A DNA stretch of 64,000 nucleotides, taken from contig NC_086097.1 in NCBI RefSeq assembly GCF_963921235.1, positions 196,480,001-196,544,000 on the forward strand, given 5' to 3'. Numbering within the stretch: the stretch's first letter is position 1; every line of letters starts with the position of its first letter. Source of the DNA: Mobula hypostoma. Taxonomy: Eukaryota. The notes under the pieces are model-generated. The model worked only from the letters and a program-made list of their open reading frames with translations, was not told where the DNA came from and did not search any database. The position numbers and the translations under genes are program-made. Below are positions 40,240 to 53,304 of the stretch, one piece after another.

Positions 40240-40860
40240 GGAGGAGAAGATGGCGACGCGCCTGTGTGTGCGCAGCTCTCCGGTGAAAAATGATATCGTA
40301 TTTGTTAAATAGGGGCCGTGGACAACTCTGGTTTGATGGAGAATGGACGTGAAAGCACAGAGGAACATCTGGAGAAATTTCTCAAACGTCCGTTCGCTGC
40401 TGTCGTTAGTGTGTGGTCAGGAATCTTTCGCAGGGTAGGCTTCAAAATCCCTGGCCTTGCCTGCTTTTGGCGACCGAGAAGGAGGTTGAATCGTTCGGAG
40501 AGTGATGGCGCTCAGTACTCGGTGTTGGAGAGCTGATCAGAGCTCGAAGTTTTCGGATGACTCAGAGTCGGATTGTGGACGGCATGGCAGGGATATTTTT
40601 TTCTTCCTTCTCCCATCTGCATGAGATGTGGGACATTTGAGAAACTTTGAACTTTACTGTGCTCACGGACTTCTTCATCAAGTTATGGTATTGTTACTTT
40701 GTTTGTAACTATATGTTATAATTATGTGGCTTTGTCAGTTTTTTCAGTCCTGGTTTGTCCTGTGTTTTGTGATATCACACCAGAGGAAATAATGTATCAT
40801 TTCTTAATGCATGCATTACTAATTGACAATAAAAGAGGACTACGTGTCTTCATAATCATA
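40240..40860 (+). mobile_element. Non-autonomous retroelement (about 620 bp), family shared with 48628-49306
   Basis: Same 5' start ggaggagaagatggcg and same 3' end gacaataaaagaggact...cataatc. Confidence 0.8.
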
Positions 40861-41958
40861 TTATCGCGTCATCACAGTTTCCAGAACAGCTTTGCCATTA
40901 ATGCATATCAACAACTACAGAAAACCACCGTAACATTGACTTGGCCATTGCCTAGACATGCATTTATCAGGTAATGGGCACAGTTTTCAGAAGTATACAA
41001 CTAAATCTATTTAGTATGACAGCAAGGTGCCAATTTGATACAGTCTTTCAGTTTCTATCTCTTCGGGATGATTTTTTAAAAAAACATCCCGAAGAGATAT
41101 CCCGATGATTTCATCCCGATGATTTTTTTAAAAAACATCCCGAATAGTCAAGTGATTGCCCTTCATGATCTGTTGCCATCCCCACAACAAATACTTCATT
41201 CCTAGGTTTTGTACTGCACACCATAAGTGAATTTTAAAAATTACTTTATAATCAGCATAGAGTCAGTTACCATTTGAAGTCTCAGTCCAAAATATTCTTG
41301 CCAAATCTGATCAGACCAGAGCAAGTTGTGTTCAGCCAAAACAAGCAAGTTTAGCATATCTTATTTGCTCCTACATATGAGTGTTATCATGAATTAAACT
41401 CTTGGCAAATTTCCATGAATGCCTTGTATAACTGGTTGACTGCTGACAGCCAGGATATTTTCAAGCCTATATGATCACATTATGAGAATTGTTCCCATCT
41501 TCCTCTCATATTAAAGACAAGGCAGAGAGAGGGCTCCATAAAACAAATGTCCAGTCAGGGCAAGGATAGAAAGAGTGCAACAAAGATAATAAATCATTAA
41601 AGTTATATCTTCAAAGGGTCTTCTTTGTTCTTCCAGAATCCAATATTGCAAGAATCATAAAACTGCCACTCCTTCTCAACTTCTTGTCCAGTTCAAATTG
41701 GATAAAAACAAAGAATATTATTCCCACCTTTTAAAAAAGATTGGGAAGCAGTCACAAATTAATGTGATACTACCTCAAAGTAAAGCATTAATCAAAGTTT
41801 TAAAATATATTTGTTTAACTGTGACTCTCATTTCTGGAGAAGATTCTTGAGCAAACATGCATTTGTAAAAAGATAAAGCAAAATCTTACCAAAACAAGTA
41901 TTTGCATTTCCATACCAGTATTAAAAGTTTAAAAACCTAACCAAACTTTAATTATACA

Positions 41959-44665
41959 TATTGCATATTTAATATTTAAGTAATATTTGAGTAATTTTGT
42001 ATATATGTTGGTTTATTATTCTAGTTCATTTAAATAATTCATAATGTTACATGCATAAATATATGAATTGCTTATGTCATAATGCTACCATGCGATATGT
42101 GTGTGCATCACTTAGAGGTAAACACGGTTAGAGTAACATTCCTGGTTCTCTTGATTTCCTTTGAATTAGTTAAACATTTTGAAGTTACAAAAATGTGACG
42201 AATATTTTTTTGAAATGCACCCGAAACCTGCTTGTTTTGGCTTGTTTTGAAGTGCAGCAAGATGTTTGAACTAAACACTGCGAGGAACAGTGAGTAATAA
42301 TAGTGTAGCAGGTGTAGAGACTGCTGAATTTTTAAAAAAGCAGTGCCGCACATGTTCTTCGGAAGGGAAGCAAGGTAAGACATGATCAAGTTGTTTTTTT
42401 TAAAAGTCAGAAAATGGAAGAATTCATGGATTCATAAAGAGTGAGTACTGGGTGATAACAATCATAAAAAAGAGCAGAAGTGGGTGGCTACATTGGAAAG
42501 ACAGACATGTTACAACACGTAACAGATAACTGAATTTTATATACTAAGCGAATTGAACAGTATTTTGAAGCAAATGAAATAGCCAATGAGAAACAAGTAC
42601 CAATTTGCTATGTGCATTTGGGTTTAAAGGCATACAGTTTGCTTCGAAGTTTGACTGTTCCAACCAAACCAGCGGAAAAGAGCTTTGCTGATATGTTAAA
42701 AGTAGTGGAGGAACATTTAGAACTGAAGTCATTGTTGCTTGCAGAATGCTTCAGGTTTCATAAGCAGACTCAAAAGGAAGGGGAGCCCATTTCAGCATAT
42801 GTGGCTGAATTGAAGCGATTGTCCAAGCACTGTCAGTTCGGTAATGGCCTTAATGATGCACTTAAGAGATTAATTAGTTTGTGGAATCTTACAATAAAGC
42901 AAACAAACAGCTCCTCACTGAAGCACAACTTACATTTAAAAGAGCAGTTGAGCTCGCTGTATCAATGGAAACAGCAGGCAGAGACATAACTGAGTTATAA
43001 TCAGGAATAAAAGTGAACGCTCAAAATTGCAACATCTAAATAGAAATCAGCCTGGCTGAACAAAATGTGTGACTGTTGTGGCAGGGGCTTACACACACCA
43101 GATCAATGCAGATTTAAAGGCGAAACTTGCAGAAGAAGAAACAAAGTAGGACACATACAAAGAGCATGCCAGGCAAGTAAAAATACATGGACTGCCCAGA
43201 GAAGTTAGAAGTTAAGTTGCAGTTTCAAAAAGAGCATTAAACAACACAGTGTTGATGAAAAACTTGATAATGATGAGAGTGACTCAGGACCGTGTAGCCT
43301 TGAGATTTACAATGTGAAAACTACCAATTGACCAGCAATATGGCCTGCACCAAAATTGTGTGTAAAATGGAACTGGACACTGCTTTGGATGTTTCAGTCA
43401 TTCCACAAAATGAGTTTGAATGGCACTTCAATGATGCCAAATTGAAGCCTGCAGATATCCCACTCAAAAGGTCTACCGAAGGTGAATTAAGAAAGGTACT
43501 AGATGATGCCATAACTCTAACCATGCCAAACACCATGAACCATTGCCCAACAGAGTGTCAATCTCTGTGCCTCTGGTTGGAAACCATATTGGATCAAGGA
43601 AGGACCATGCTGCTCAGAGGAAGCAGGAAAGTGATGAAAGCACTGGTCAGACATTATCTGAGAAAGGTTCTGATATGTCAATTAGGCAGTTACTTGCAAA
43701 ATGTGGCATGGTTTAAAGCTGGGAGAGAGTTCATGGAGCTTCAGGAAAGTTGCAAGCACTCTGCTTTTGTGAGTGTAAAGAACCAGAATCTACTCTGCAT
43801 GCGTTAAGGTTATGGAATGAACTTCCAAGTAGGAGACAAGAAGCTGCTTGTAAAAGTAGATGCAAAGACCACAGCCAGCTCGATGAATGAAAGGCTAAAA
43901 TGAAAGGAGTCAATGAAATTACAAAACAGAGGATTCATCAGATGATGTCGTGGATGAGGAAACCAACAGGCAAGATCAGATTGTAAAAGGAGCAATAGAA
44001 GGATTAATAAGAGAATACTCCAGAGAACGAAATGCACCTTCCCAAGATCAGGATGCACAAACTGGAAGAAGAAAAAGGAAGACGAAGAAAGGTGGCGACC
44101 ACTGTCAGAACCACTTCCTGTGGTCTCAGGGTCAAGTCCTACAACCACCATAGGGGAAAACGCAGAACCTGAGATTGTTTTCCCAGACACAAGTCTCACC
44201 TGCCAAGCAGAGTGATTCCCCTTGTCAAGAAAGACGTTATCCTACAAGAGTAAGAAAGCTTCCACAGTGATTAAATCTTTAGGCCTGAATGGAACAATTC
44301 AAAGTTTACTATGCTGTAGATGACTGTATATAATAGTTGCATTGTATAGTAATCTGTGTATATAGTTGATGCATTCTCTATTGAGTTGGAGTTCATAGCT
44401 AAGCAGGGAGAAGTGTTGTGTATTTCATATTTAAGTCATGTTTGAGTAATCTTATATAAACAGTATATTGGTTGATTAAGCATTTTTGTTTGTTTAAATA
44501 ATTCATTACGAGGTATACGCATAACACCATGAATTATATACATCATGATGCTATCATGTGATATGTCCGCTGCTTACTTAGAGTAAACCGCAAAGTTAGA
44601 CCCACATTCCCCACTCTCTTGTTTTCTTTTGAAATAATTTAATGTTTTGGAGTTACAAAACAACA
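41959..44665 (+). mobile_element. Decayed, internally deleted Gypsy-type LTR retrotransposon
   Basis: Two related LTRs (about 41959-42193 and 44414-44665), PPT aagcagggagaag before the 3' LTR, and 5-bp TSD ataca. Coding relics: gag-like ORF 42612-42989, CCHC knuckle relic near 43066-43170, protease relic MELDTA. Confidence 0.88.
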
Positions 44666-45266
44666 ATACATTCTATAGTTGGCACAGAATTTCTATTTGC
44701 AGCCAGTTAACTCAAATAGCACCTTGAACTTCTTAATATGTTTTGCCAGTAATTTGCATATTTCTAAGTCTTCCACAGCTCAGCTTGTCTGGTCTTCAAG
44801 CTAATGGCTTACTGTCTGAGAAATACCCTGCAGAATAGGCTCTTTTACTCCTCTTGTTCCAGCAAGAGAGATACAAATTAAGTATTGTATACAGCAATAC
44901 ACAAGAACTAGCACTAGCACATTATAGAGAGATCATAAAAGAGATTCTGCAGATACTCAAGCAATATCTATGTAAAGGATTATATATATCATATATCTCA
45001 AGCATATACCTCCTTCTAGAAAATGCGTAGGACTGCACTTTTAATGCACAGGCTTACGTGGTTTATTCACCTTCACAGGCTCTGAAAAATCCAGAATTCT
45101 ATCCCAAAGAAATGATTGAATGCTTGGATAATAACTGAGAAAAATTTGGCAGAAGTTACTCAAACTTTACTTAAACAATTCATTACTTCTTCTCAATATG
45201 AAGAACCATTACCAGCTGTTTTCAGTAGAAAAATGTTCCCAAGATATATCTGATTGAAACACTTAC

Positions 45267-45395
45267 CAAAGGGCAAGGTTTTAAAATGGGATGCCAAAAT
45301 ATTGACTTTTCCTGTAATCAACTCATAGCTGATTTCCTTCAGAAACTCAGTTGTGGTGAGCATACTCTCTGCTAACACTCTGGATTGATAGTGAC
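45267..45395 (-). CDS. GREB1L: GREB1L exon 7 (129 nt): [30 protein letters not shown]...KTLPF
   Basis: Strong peptide match; polypyrimidine tract plus cag, G|gtaagt donor. Confidence 0.95.
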
Positions 45396-45676
45396 CTGAA
45401 GAAAAAAAATTTTTTTCATTGTTATCATAAAGCACACAATAGGTTGCAGCTGAAATTAGTAATACTGTAAAATGTGCAACTGAATTTTTACCATTATAAC
45501 TTTCAGTTCAGTACTGCCTGAGATTTTCAACTACAAGATGAGACAGAAGTAGTTTTGGACATCTGGCTTATAGAATTTAATTATTTATAAACTGATTTGT
45601 ATTTTAGCCGAGTGTTTATATTCATCTGATATTATCTGTGAGATAGAATAGTAACTTGGAGAAGTTACTGAGCACA

Positions 45677-45998
45677 ACAGGCTCTTGAAGTAGAACTTCA
45701 CTCAATTTCATTTGCCCCATCACTGAACTGATCTCATAGCCTTATGAACTCACTTTCAAAGACTCTTCATCTCATGTTCTGGATATTTATTGCTTATTTA
45801 TTATTATTTCTTTTCTCTTCTTTAATACTTGCACAGTTTGTTATCTTTTGCACGCTGGCGGTTCGTACTGTTGGTGTGGTCTTTCATTGATTCCATTATG
45901 GTTATTGGGTTTATTAAGTAAGCCCACAAGAAAGTGAATCTCAAGATTATATATGGTGACATATATGGACTTTGACAATAAATTTACTTTGAACTTTC
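45677..45998 (+). mobile_element. 3' UTR fragment of Rex1/Babar-type LINE
   Basis: Similar to about 3980-4399, with aataaatttactttgaacttt tail. Confidence 0.7.
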
Positions 45999-46046
45999 AA
46001 TGAAGATAAATCAAGATCACTGCGAATGCACAATGACATTGCTCTA

Positions 46047-46659
46047 TGTTGTGTATTTAATATTTCAGTGTTACTTGAGTAATATTGTAAATATATTGTT
46101 TGATTAAGCATTATTTGTTGTTTACATAATACGTTGCAGGTTACATGTACGTAAATGGGTATATAAAATTATGATGGGTATAGATAGAGTGAATGCAAGC
46201 AGGCTTTTTCCACTGAGGCTAGGGGAGAAAAAAAAAACCAGAGGACATGGATTAAGGGTGAGGGGGGAAAAGTTTAAAGGGAACATTAGGGAGGGCTTCT
46301 TCACACAGAGAGTGGTGGGAGTGTGGAATGAGCGGCCAGATGAAGTGGTGAATGCGGGCTCACTTTCAACATTGAAGAACAACTTGGACAGGTACATGGA
46401 TGAGAGGTGTATGGAAGGATATGGTCCAGGTGCAGGTCAGTGGGACTAGGCAGAAAAATGGTTCGGTACAGCCAAGAAGGGCCAAAAGGCCTGTTTCTGT
46501 GCTGTAATGTTCTATGGTTCTATGGTTTTATCATTACGCCGCCAAGTCGTATGTACGAGCTTCACTTAAAAAGCAAAACTAAGAATGTACACAAGTTCTT
46601 CGCCCAGCTTTGTGTTTTCATTTAATTAGTTTTATGTTTTAAAGTTACAAAACATAACA
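46047..46659 (+). mobile_element. Solo Gypsy LTR interrupted by a CR1 fragment
   Basis: TG...CA ends (tgttgtgtattt...gttacaaaacataaca), homology to 44414-44665, flanks ctcta/cacta. Confidence 0.82.
46160..46526 (+). mobile_element. CR1 3' fragment (same subfamily as 13023-14432)
   Basis: ORF 46171-46449 is nearly identical to the C-terminus of the 444-aa ORF; ttctatggttctatgg tail. Confidence 0.92.
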
Positions 46660-47204
46660 CACTATGTGTAATTAATAGAAAGAGGCCCTTTACAATTTGC
46701 CTTACAAGGTATATAGAGATTCTTCACTTACAAGGCAGCTCAGAGATTCACTGAAACAGTAGACACTTCCTACAACTGGGCCCAAACCCAAAGTGGGTCC
46801 ATCAGTCCCTCATTAGAACCCCTGAGAAATTCCTGATGAAGACATCTTTATCCATTCTAACTTGATATTGAAAATGATCTCGATTGAAAGGAAATCACTT
46901 GTGGTTTATTATCATTTCCCAGCTAGATCGAAAACTGTGTGATAATTTATGCAATACTGTTGTTGCTATGAATTTCCATTTTGTCATAGGTGGTTTGGAC
47001 AATTATGGTAGCAGTAGAACAGCCATATCCCTGATCTGTGTTCACTATGCTTCATCCCCATAAAGTGATACTGGCAGATCATGGTTTATAGCTGATACAT
47101 CAAATCATAAGTTGCATATTTTAACATGGCTGAGTTTAAATTCTGCTGGTTTGAAAAGAACTACTGGGAAATTAAGACACAAGTACCAGTGAAGAGAGAG
47201 CACC

Positions 47205-48047
47205 ATGCTCCATAGTAGTGCGCATGCGCTGGTCGTGCATGCAGCCTGGTACAGCCGTTCCGATCTATTCTTACTTTCTTCTTACTTTTTAATCCAAGTT
47301 ATTTTTTGTATTTTTTTTTCTCACGGTAACACGCCGAAGCTGCACCCTCTTTAACATGCTGGTAGAGAGAGAGTTTTATTTGGGTTTTCTTTAGCACTGG
47401 AAATGGTTACATCCCGACACACGGGACAGAAGCAAGGTCGCATTGTGTATTCCACGGACCAGCAAATGCCGGCCGGTTTAGCGAGCAGAGCGGCAGACAC
47501 CCCTGCTGAAATCCGGAGGAAAACACACAGAGGATGCAGAGGGGGATCACAAAGCCGAGGAAGGAGGACTGGGTCGAGACAACAGAGACTTCTGCAGAAG
47601 AGGAGTTTGGTGGGTAATACCGTTCCGCCTGACCAGAAGTGCACTAAGAGCGGTAAGTGTAAAGGAGTGGGGTGCTTACTGATCTGGTTAACAACGGATG
47701 GTGCAATCCGGGGCATATTACGATCGAGGAACATGTTTGCAGACTGGATATTGAACTTTTTACTGTTGGACTTCGGCCACATTCCACCGTGATACAACAG
47801 TTGGCAGCACGGGAGGTCGTTCCTGCCTGTGGCCATCGAACGTGCAGCTCCTCCCGTGGAGGGTCAGACACCCTGAGCCAATAGACTGGTTCTGGACTTA
47901 TTTTCCATCTGGCATAGTTTGCATTTTGTTGTTTGACTGTTGGGGGTTTTGTATTGCTATATTTATGCTCTATTCTTGGTTGGTGTAGCTGTAACGAAAC
48001 CAAATTTCCCTCGGGATTAATAAAGTATATCTATCTATCTATGTATC
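47205..48047 (+). mobile_element. Internally deleted Rex1/Babar derivative
   Basis: The 5' region and an endonuclease relic (WCNPGHITIEEHVCRLDIELFTVGLRP) are joined to a 3' end matching 3425-3630; tail aataaagtatatctatctatct. Confidence 0.7.
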
Positions 48048-48627
48048 TCAGGGGAATGACTGATGGAGAACTGCACAGGAAGTATTGGACGAAGAGCGCT
48101 ATAGAATAACCACTGCTCCAGGTCAGATGAATGGGGAATATTTTATCAGTAGGGCCAAGAAGTGGGTACAACAGCAGAAAGGAATGGGTCAGATATCCTG
48201 CACTGCATCTTGATAAAACAAGAAAAAGTGCTTCTGCCTCCCCCCCACCCTGCTCACGGGGCATGCAAACAGCTGCAGTGAATGTTACACTGAGACATGC
48301 CAGAGACTTGCATTGGATGGCACCACATCATGGGCTGAAGGGCCCATACTCTGCTGTACTGTTCAATGTTCTCTATTTGTAAAGCCTACAACATCTGCAT
48401 GATCACTGGAAACTCTTCAAAAATTGAGATGATTATAGGAAAGTGGCGATTTTTCCCAAGAAGTTTTTGCCACTTTGACAGAGCGTCTTCATTGCACTAG
48501 CCAGGAGCATGATTTAACTCTTAGACGTGCAATTCAACCTGATTCTCCCCTCCAAGTGGTTAACTCTACTATAGGACCAACTAAGTCAGGAAAGTCAGCT
48601 GTATGTTCCACAGGCAAGGGTGGAAGG

Positions 48628-49306
48628 GAGGAGGAGAAGATGGCGGTGCAACACAGCACGCTCGCCTCTCCGGTGAATGATATCTGTTATCTGTCAAGTA
48701 GGGGACAATGCACAATCCAAATTTGATGAAGACAGACGTGAGAGTACGGAGGAACATCTGGAGAAACTTCTGAAATGCCCGCTTCGCTGCCGCTGCTACT
48801 GTGTGGTAACCGGAATCTCCGGAGCAGAAGGCCCCGAATCCTCGGCTTTGCTTCTTTCGGCGGCCAGGGCTAGGTCGAAGGCACTCGGCAGAGGATGGCA
48901 CTCGGGAGGCTGTATTGGAGGGGCTGGTCGGAGGCTCGAAGTTTTCGGATGGATGGACTCAGTGTCGGCTGTGGCCGGCTGCTTCCAAGGCATCGGCAGT
49001 TGTCGGTGCCTTGGAGGTTTATGGCAGGGAGTTTCTCCCTTTTGCCGCCTGCTATCGGGGACTCGGGAGTCGATCCGGACTTGAGACTTTTTTTACCATG
49101 CCCAGGGTCTGCTCGTCATCAAATTATGGTATTGCTTTGCACTGCTGTAACTATATGTTATAATTATGTGGTTCTGTCAGTATCAGTGTTTGGTTTGTCC
49201 TGTTTTCTGTGTTAGCACTCGGGAGGAACATTGTATCATTTCTTAATGCATGTATGCATTTCTAAATGACAATAAAAGAGGACTGAGTGTTCTCATAATC
49301 TAATCT
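48628..49306 (+). mobile_element. Non-autonomous retroelement (about 680 bp), family shared with 40240-40860
   Basis: Starts ggaggagaagatggcg; ends aataaaagaggactgagtgttctcataatctaatct. Confidence 0.8.
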
Positions 49307-49684
49307 TTCACAGGCTCAGAGAAATATTGTGATTATCCTCTACACATTCTTGCATTGAATCCACTGTGTACTGTACAGCCAAAATCTGTCAAATGATTAA
49401 CTAGGATTTGAATGACACAAAATAACTACAGGTATTTTTGTGACATGCAACAAAACCTTCTATTAAATAAACTATTGATTCAGTCAAATGTCCTGTAAAG
49501 GGCAAATCAAATATTTGGAAAATACTTAATTTTCTAAAAATTTGGAAAACTAACATATTAATCATAACTCTGTAACCCTAAGGTATTACTTTAAATGAAA
49601 AAAACTATTTATCAGTGTTATCACACAGTTTGAATTTATGTTTTGTTAACAGGTTAGTCTTGAACAGATTAAAATGTGACTTAC

Positions 49685-50011
49685 CTAAAACCACTACACA
49701 AAATTCATTGCCTCTTATCTTTGAAGTACAAATGACTACCACATAGTTAGGTACTTTCTGTTGAAGATGTACATCACCAAATGTTCTTAAGGTTTCTGAG
49801 ATGCCTTCAGCCAGAGAATTCTGAGAGAAAACAACTTGCACTAGATCTCTTGAGACACTGGCAGCAAGTCGTGCAAGCCAGGGCAGCTGTCCTGGCGACA
49901 CAGTGGAAGAAGGGCCTCCAAGTTGTAGGGATCTGTCTTTGAGGCTTGAGTCCTGTATAGCCTTCAGCATAATCTGTTCAAACTCTTCCCTGAGAGGCAT
50001 TTGGTCTGGAC
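49685..50011 (-). CDS. GREB1L: GREB1L exon 6 (327 nt): [17 protein letters not shown]...[13 protein letters not shown]
   Basis: Strong peptide match; ttcag acceptor, G|gtaagt donor. Confidence 0.95.
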
Positions 50012-50979
50012 CTGAAATAACCAAACTTACCACAATCACTTAAGTCTGAAATATGCATAGAAAAAAAACAAATAACCCAACAATTATTAAAAACAAACAT
50101 AGATTAACTCCTAAAATGCAGTAAACCCATAACTTTTGAAGCATTTAATTTCCAGGAAACAGCCACAAATCCCGAAAACTACAAATACCATTTATTCCTG
50201 CTGGTTCCAGGAAATTATATCATGGGCAAGGTCTACAGAGCTGACTGAGACTTTTATTTATTTGGAGTCTTGCCCGGAATCCTCTCAGAGTGGTAGGTCA
50301 TGTCGACCCAGGTACAGTCACCAACACTGGGCTTTCAGGGATACATTTAGAACTTTGCTAGTAAAATACATGGATAGAGAGGGATTATCTGTTTTGACAA
50401 ATCTCTTCCTCAAAAATCCCACACTATTAAAACAGTGACGCTGGAAACTGCTCACAGCAGTTCATGCTGCAGCCTTACAGCAACTTCACTTGAAACACTA
50501 TGCCACTGGGATTTCATTTCAAACATGTAAAATCATGAAGGCTTAATATGGAAAGTGTTTGAGGCATGTTGCTTTCCAATACCAGTCAAGGGAACAGGAT
50601 AGTGATATGCAGTTTACTAGTGACACATGGCCTAGATGTCCTCTCAATTGTTTCTCTTGCTATAAATCCACAGAAAGAATTCAATGGATGCAAGTTCATT
50701 GGCTGTACAGATTGCAGGTCTGGCAATCAACACTAGCATTCTAGCAGTAAATCCTTTCAGAACTCACAGCAAGTATAGCATTAGACAAGTACTTGAAAAG
50801 AAAAGGTTTCGAGAAATATGAGCCAAACACAGGCAAATGAGAATAAGTCAGATGGACATCATGGCTGGCAGGAACAAGATGGGCCAAAGTGCCTGTTTGT
50901 GCTATAAATTCTGTGCTATGACTCTATAGGAGAATTAACTGAATTAGTGAAATATTTCTAGTTAACTGTTTAATCTTAC

Positions 50980-51165
50980 CCAGCTGAATCAAATATTGTA
51001 TTGTTAAGAGAATCATATTTTCCACAGTTAGGATCTGGCTGTTGGAAACACCCAGCTGTGCTAGTTCAGTTGAAGTCAGCTGTGGAAACTTGTAACAATT
51101 CACAAGTAGAGGGCTTACTACAATATCGCCAACATTGCCATAAAAATATGGTAAAGCACCATAAC
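50980..51165 (-). CDS. GREB1L: GREB1L exon 5 (186 nt): [20 protein letters not shown]...[14 protein letters not shown]
   Basis: Strong peptide match; tgcag acceptor, G|gtaag donor. Confidence 0.95.
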
Positions 51166-52933
51166 CTGCAAAAGGAAGAAGATAGTTTAGTCTCTCATTA
51201 ATTTTCAAGATAAATTTTATTTTGTCTGCATTGGGATATGTCTTTGATACTTACTTGGTGATGATGGCCTGAGGTCAATTTGCTGAAAAATAGCTGCTCC
51301 AACCTTCACAGTGAACCTCTGACACATGGTAGAGCCTCCAGCATGTAATTCTAACATGTGGGGGGGGGGGAACAGGAGAAGCCCCACCTATTGACCACAC
51401 TGCCTACCCCCAACTTTCCCCCATGAAAATGCAGATCTGATGAGATCTGTCTGGGCCACATGTCAGATGTAAATGTTTTCAAGACACGACCATTGTTTCA
51501 GAAACACTAAAAATATTCCAAAACTATTAACAATTAAACAAACGATCATTTCTTAAATAATAATAAAATAAGGATCTTAAAATACAGACATGAAAGGTGA
51601 TGGGTTAAGCCTTTACTTTAATCGTGGATATTCCACCCTCACTCAATTGTTTTCTCCATTTTCTTAAACTAGACAGATAGATAACTCCAATCCTGACGTA
51701 GCTATAGTAGAAAATGGTTTTATTATTCACCAATGTGTTGCAGTACACGAGGAGCCGGTATAAAATTACAGTACTACTCGGTGTTCTTACGAAAGACAGA
51801 TCCAAATATTGATTGAAATTCCTTCAAATTCTAACAAGCGATTATATAATTAATGAATATACAAGCAGTTATATAATGGCTGACTTGATGACAAAAGCTA
51901 ATTGCTTAACCATGCAATAACAAGTGATCAACAACAGCTGTGGAACTTGCAATTAAGCAATGGTATCTAGAAATTAGAAATAAAATAACAATCCAAATCA
52001 GGAAATACTTAACAATGGGCATTCTACTCAAAAGTTAAACAGGTATAACTAACTAGTTGGTAAAGGTGTTGAGGTAGAAAATAAAGTTAATTTTAATGTC
52101 TTGGAAATGAATTAAAATCTCCACCCTTGATTTCAAACAGATGCCTAAATGGCAAAAGAGTTTGGCTTCAGGTCCACCCTCTGTACGCACTTGGATAAAT
52201 ATTATGCTGCAGGTCCTATCAGCAGGTTACTTACAAAACGCAGAGCAACTTCTGCTACCCAAAATCTAGATATATACAATCTAAAGGTTGGTCAGGAGGG
52301 GATAGTGTAATAGCGAGAACATCTTCTATATGAGCTGGACACTGTCACTCACCTTGGCTTGCAAAACAAAAACTCACATCAAGACAAAGACAAATTTAAG
52401 ACCACAAATTAATTAGTTCCAGATTGTTAAGTACAAAAAAAACAAAGAGGAATGAACTGTCCCTACATTATGACTTAACCTTCTTCATGTAACCAATAAA
52501 TATTCACCATAGTAATAGATCAAAATAATAGTTTTTCTTGGACAATCCTACCATGTTCACTGTTTTACAAAGAGGGAGTGAGCAACTTAATCCAAACACA
52601 TTAAAGGCTAATGTCAGATAAACAAGAGCACACACACAAAAAGAAACATGCGGAAATCATATATGGGATAATGTTTATAAACAGAAGAGATACATTTTCA
52701 ATTATTTATTGTACTATGACTGAACATTGTTTTTCAATATTTTAAAAAGATCTGTGATCTTCATTCAGTAAGCTCCTCACCCAGTACAAATGGATGAGTG
52801 CAGAAATCGATTTTAGGTCCACAGTTTCCAGTTTCTTTATTTGGCAGACATGCCCAGACTGCTGTTAAGAACTCAGAAAGTCATTCCAACACATAATGGA
52901 GTCAATATAATTTTACCTTATTAAAATTGGTTA

Positions 52934-53212
52934 AACCATATAACCATATAACAATTACAGCACGGAAAAAGGCCATCTCGGCCCTTCTAGTCCATGCCAA
53001 ACTCTTACTCTCACATAGTCCCACCGACCTGTACTCAGCCCATAACCCTCCATTCCTTTCCTGTCCATATATCTATCCAATTTAATTTTAAACGACAACG
53101 TAGAACCTGCCTCAACCACTTCTGCTGGAAACTCGTTCCACACAGCTATCACTCTCTGAGTAAAAAAGTTCCCCCTCATGTTACCCCTAAACTTTTGCCC
53201 CTTAACTCTCAA
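52934..53212 (-). mobile_element. CR1 3' fragment
   Basis: LRVKGQKFRGNMRGNFFTQRVIAVWNEFP...LDRYMDRKGMEGYG; (tatatggt)n tail. Confidence 0.9.
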
Positions 53213-53304
53213 CTCAACTCTTAACAAGCAATTTATATTAATTTCTAATGGAGTTGTTATAATCTCTAAATCAAGGAAGGTAAATGAATATAGGTAGTAC
53301 GTAC

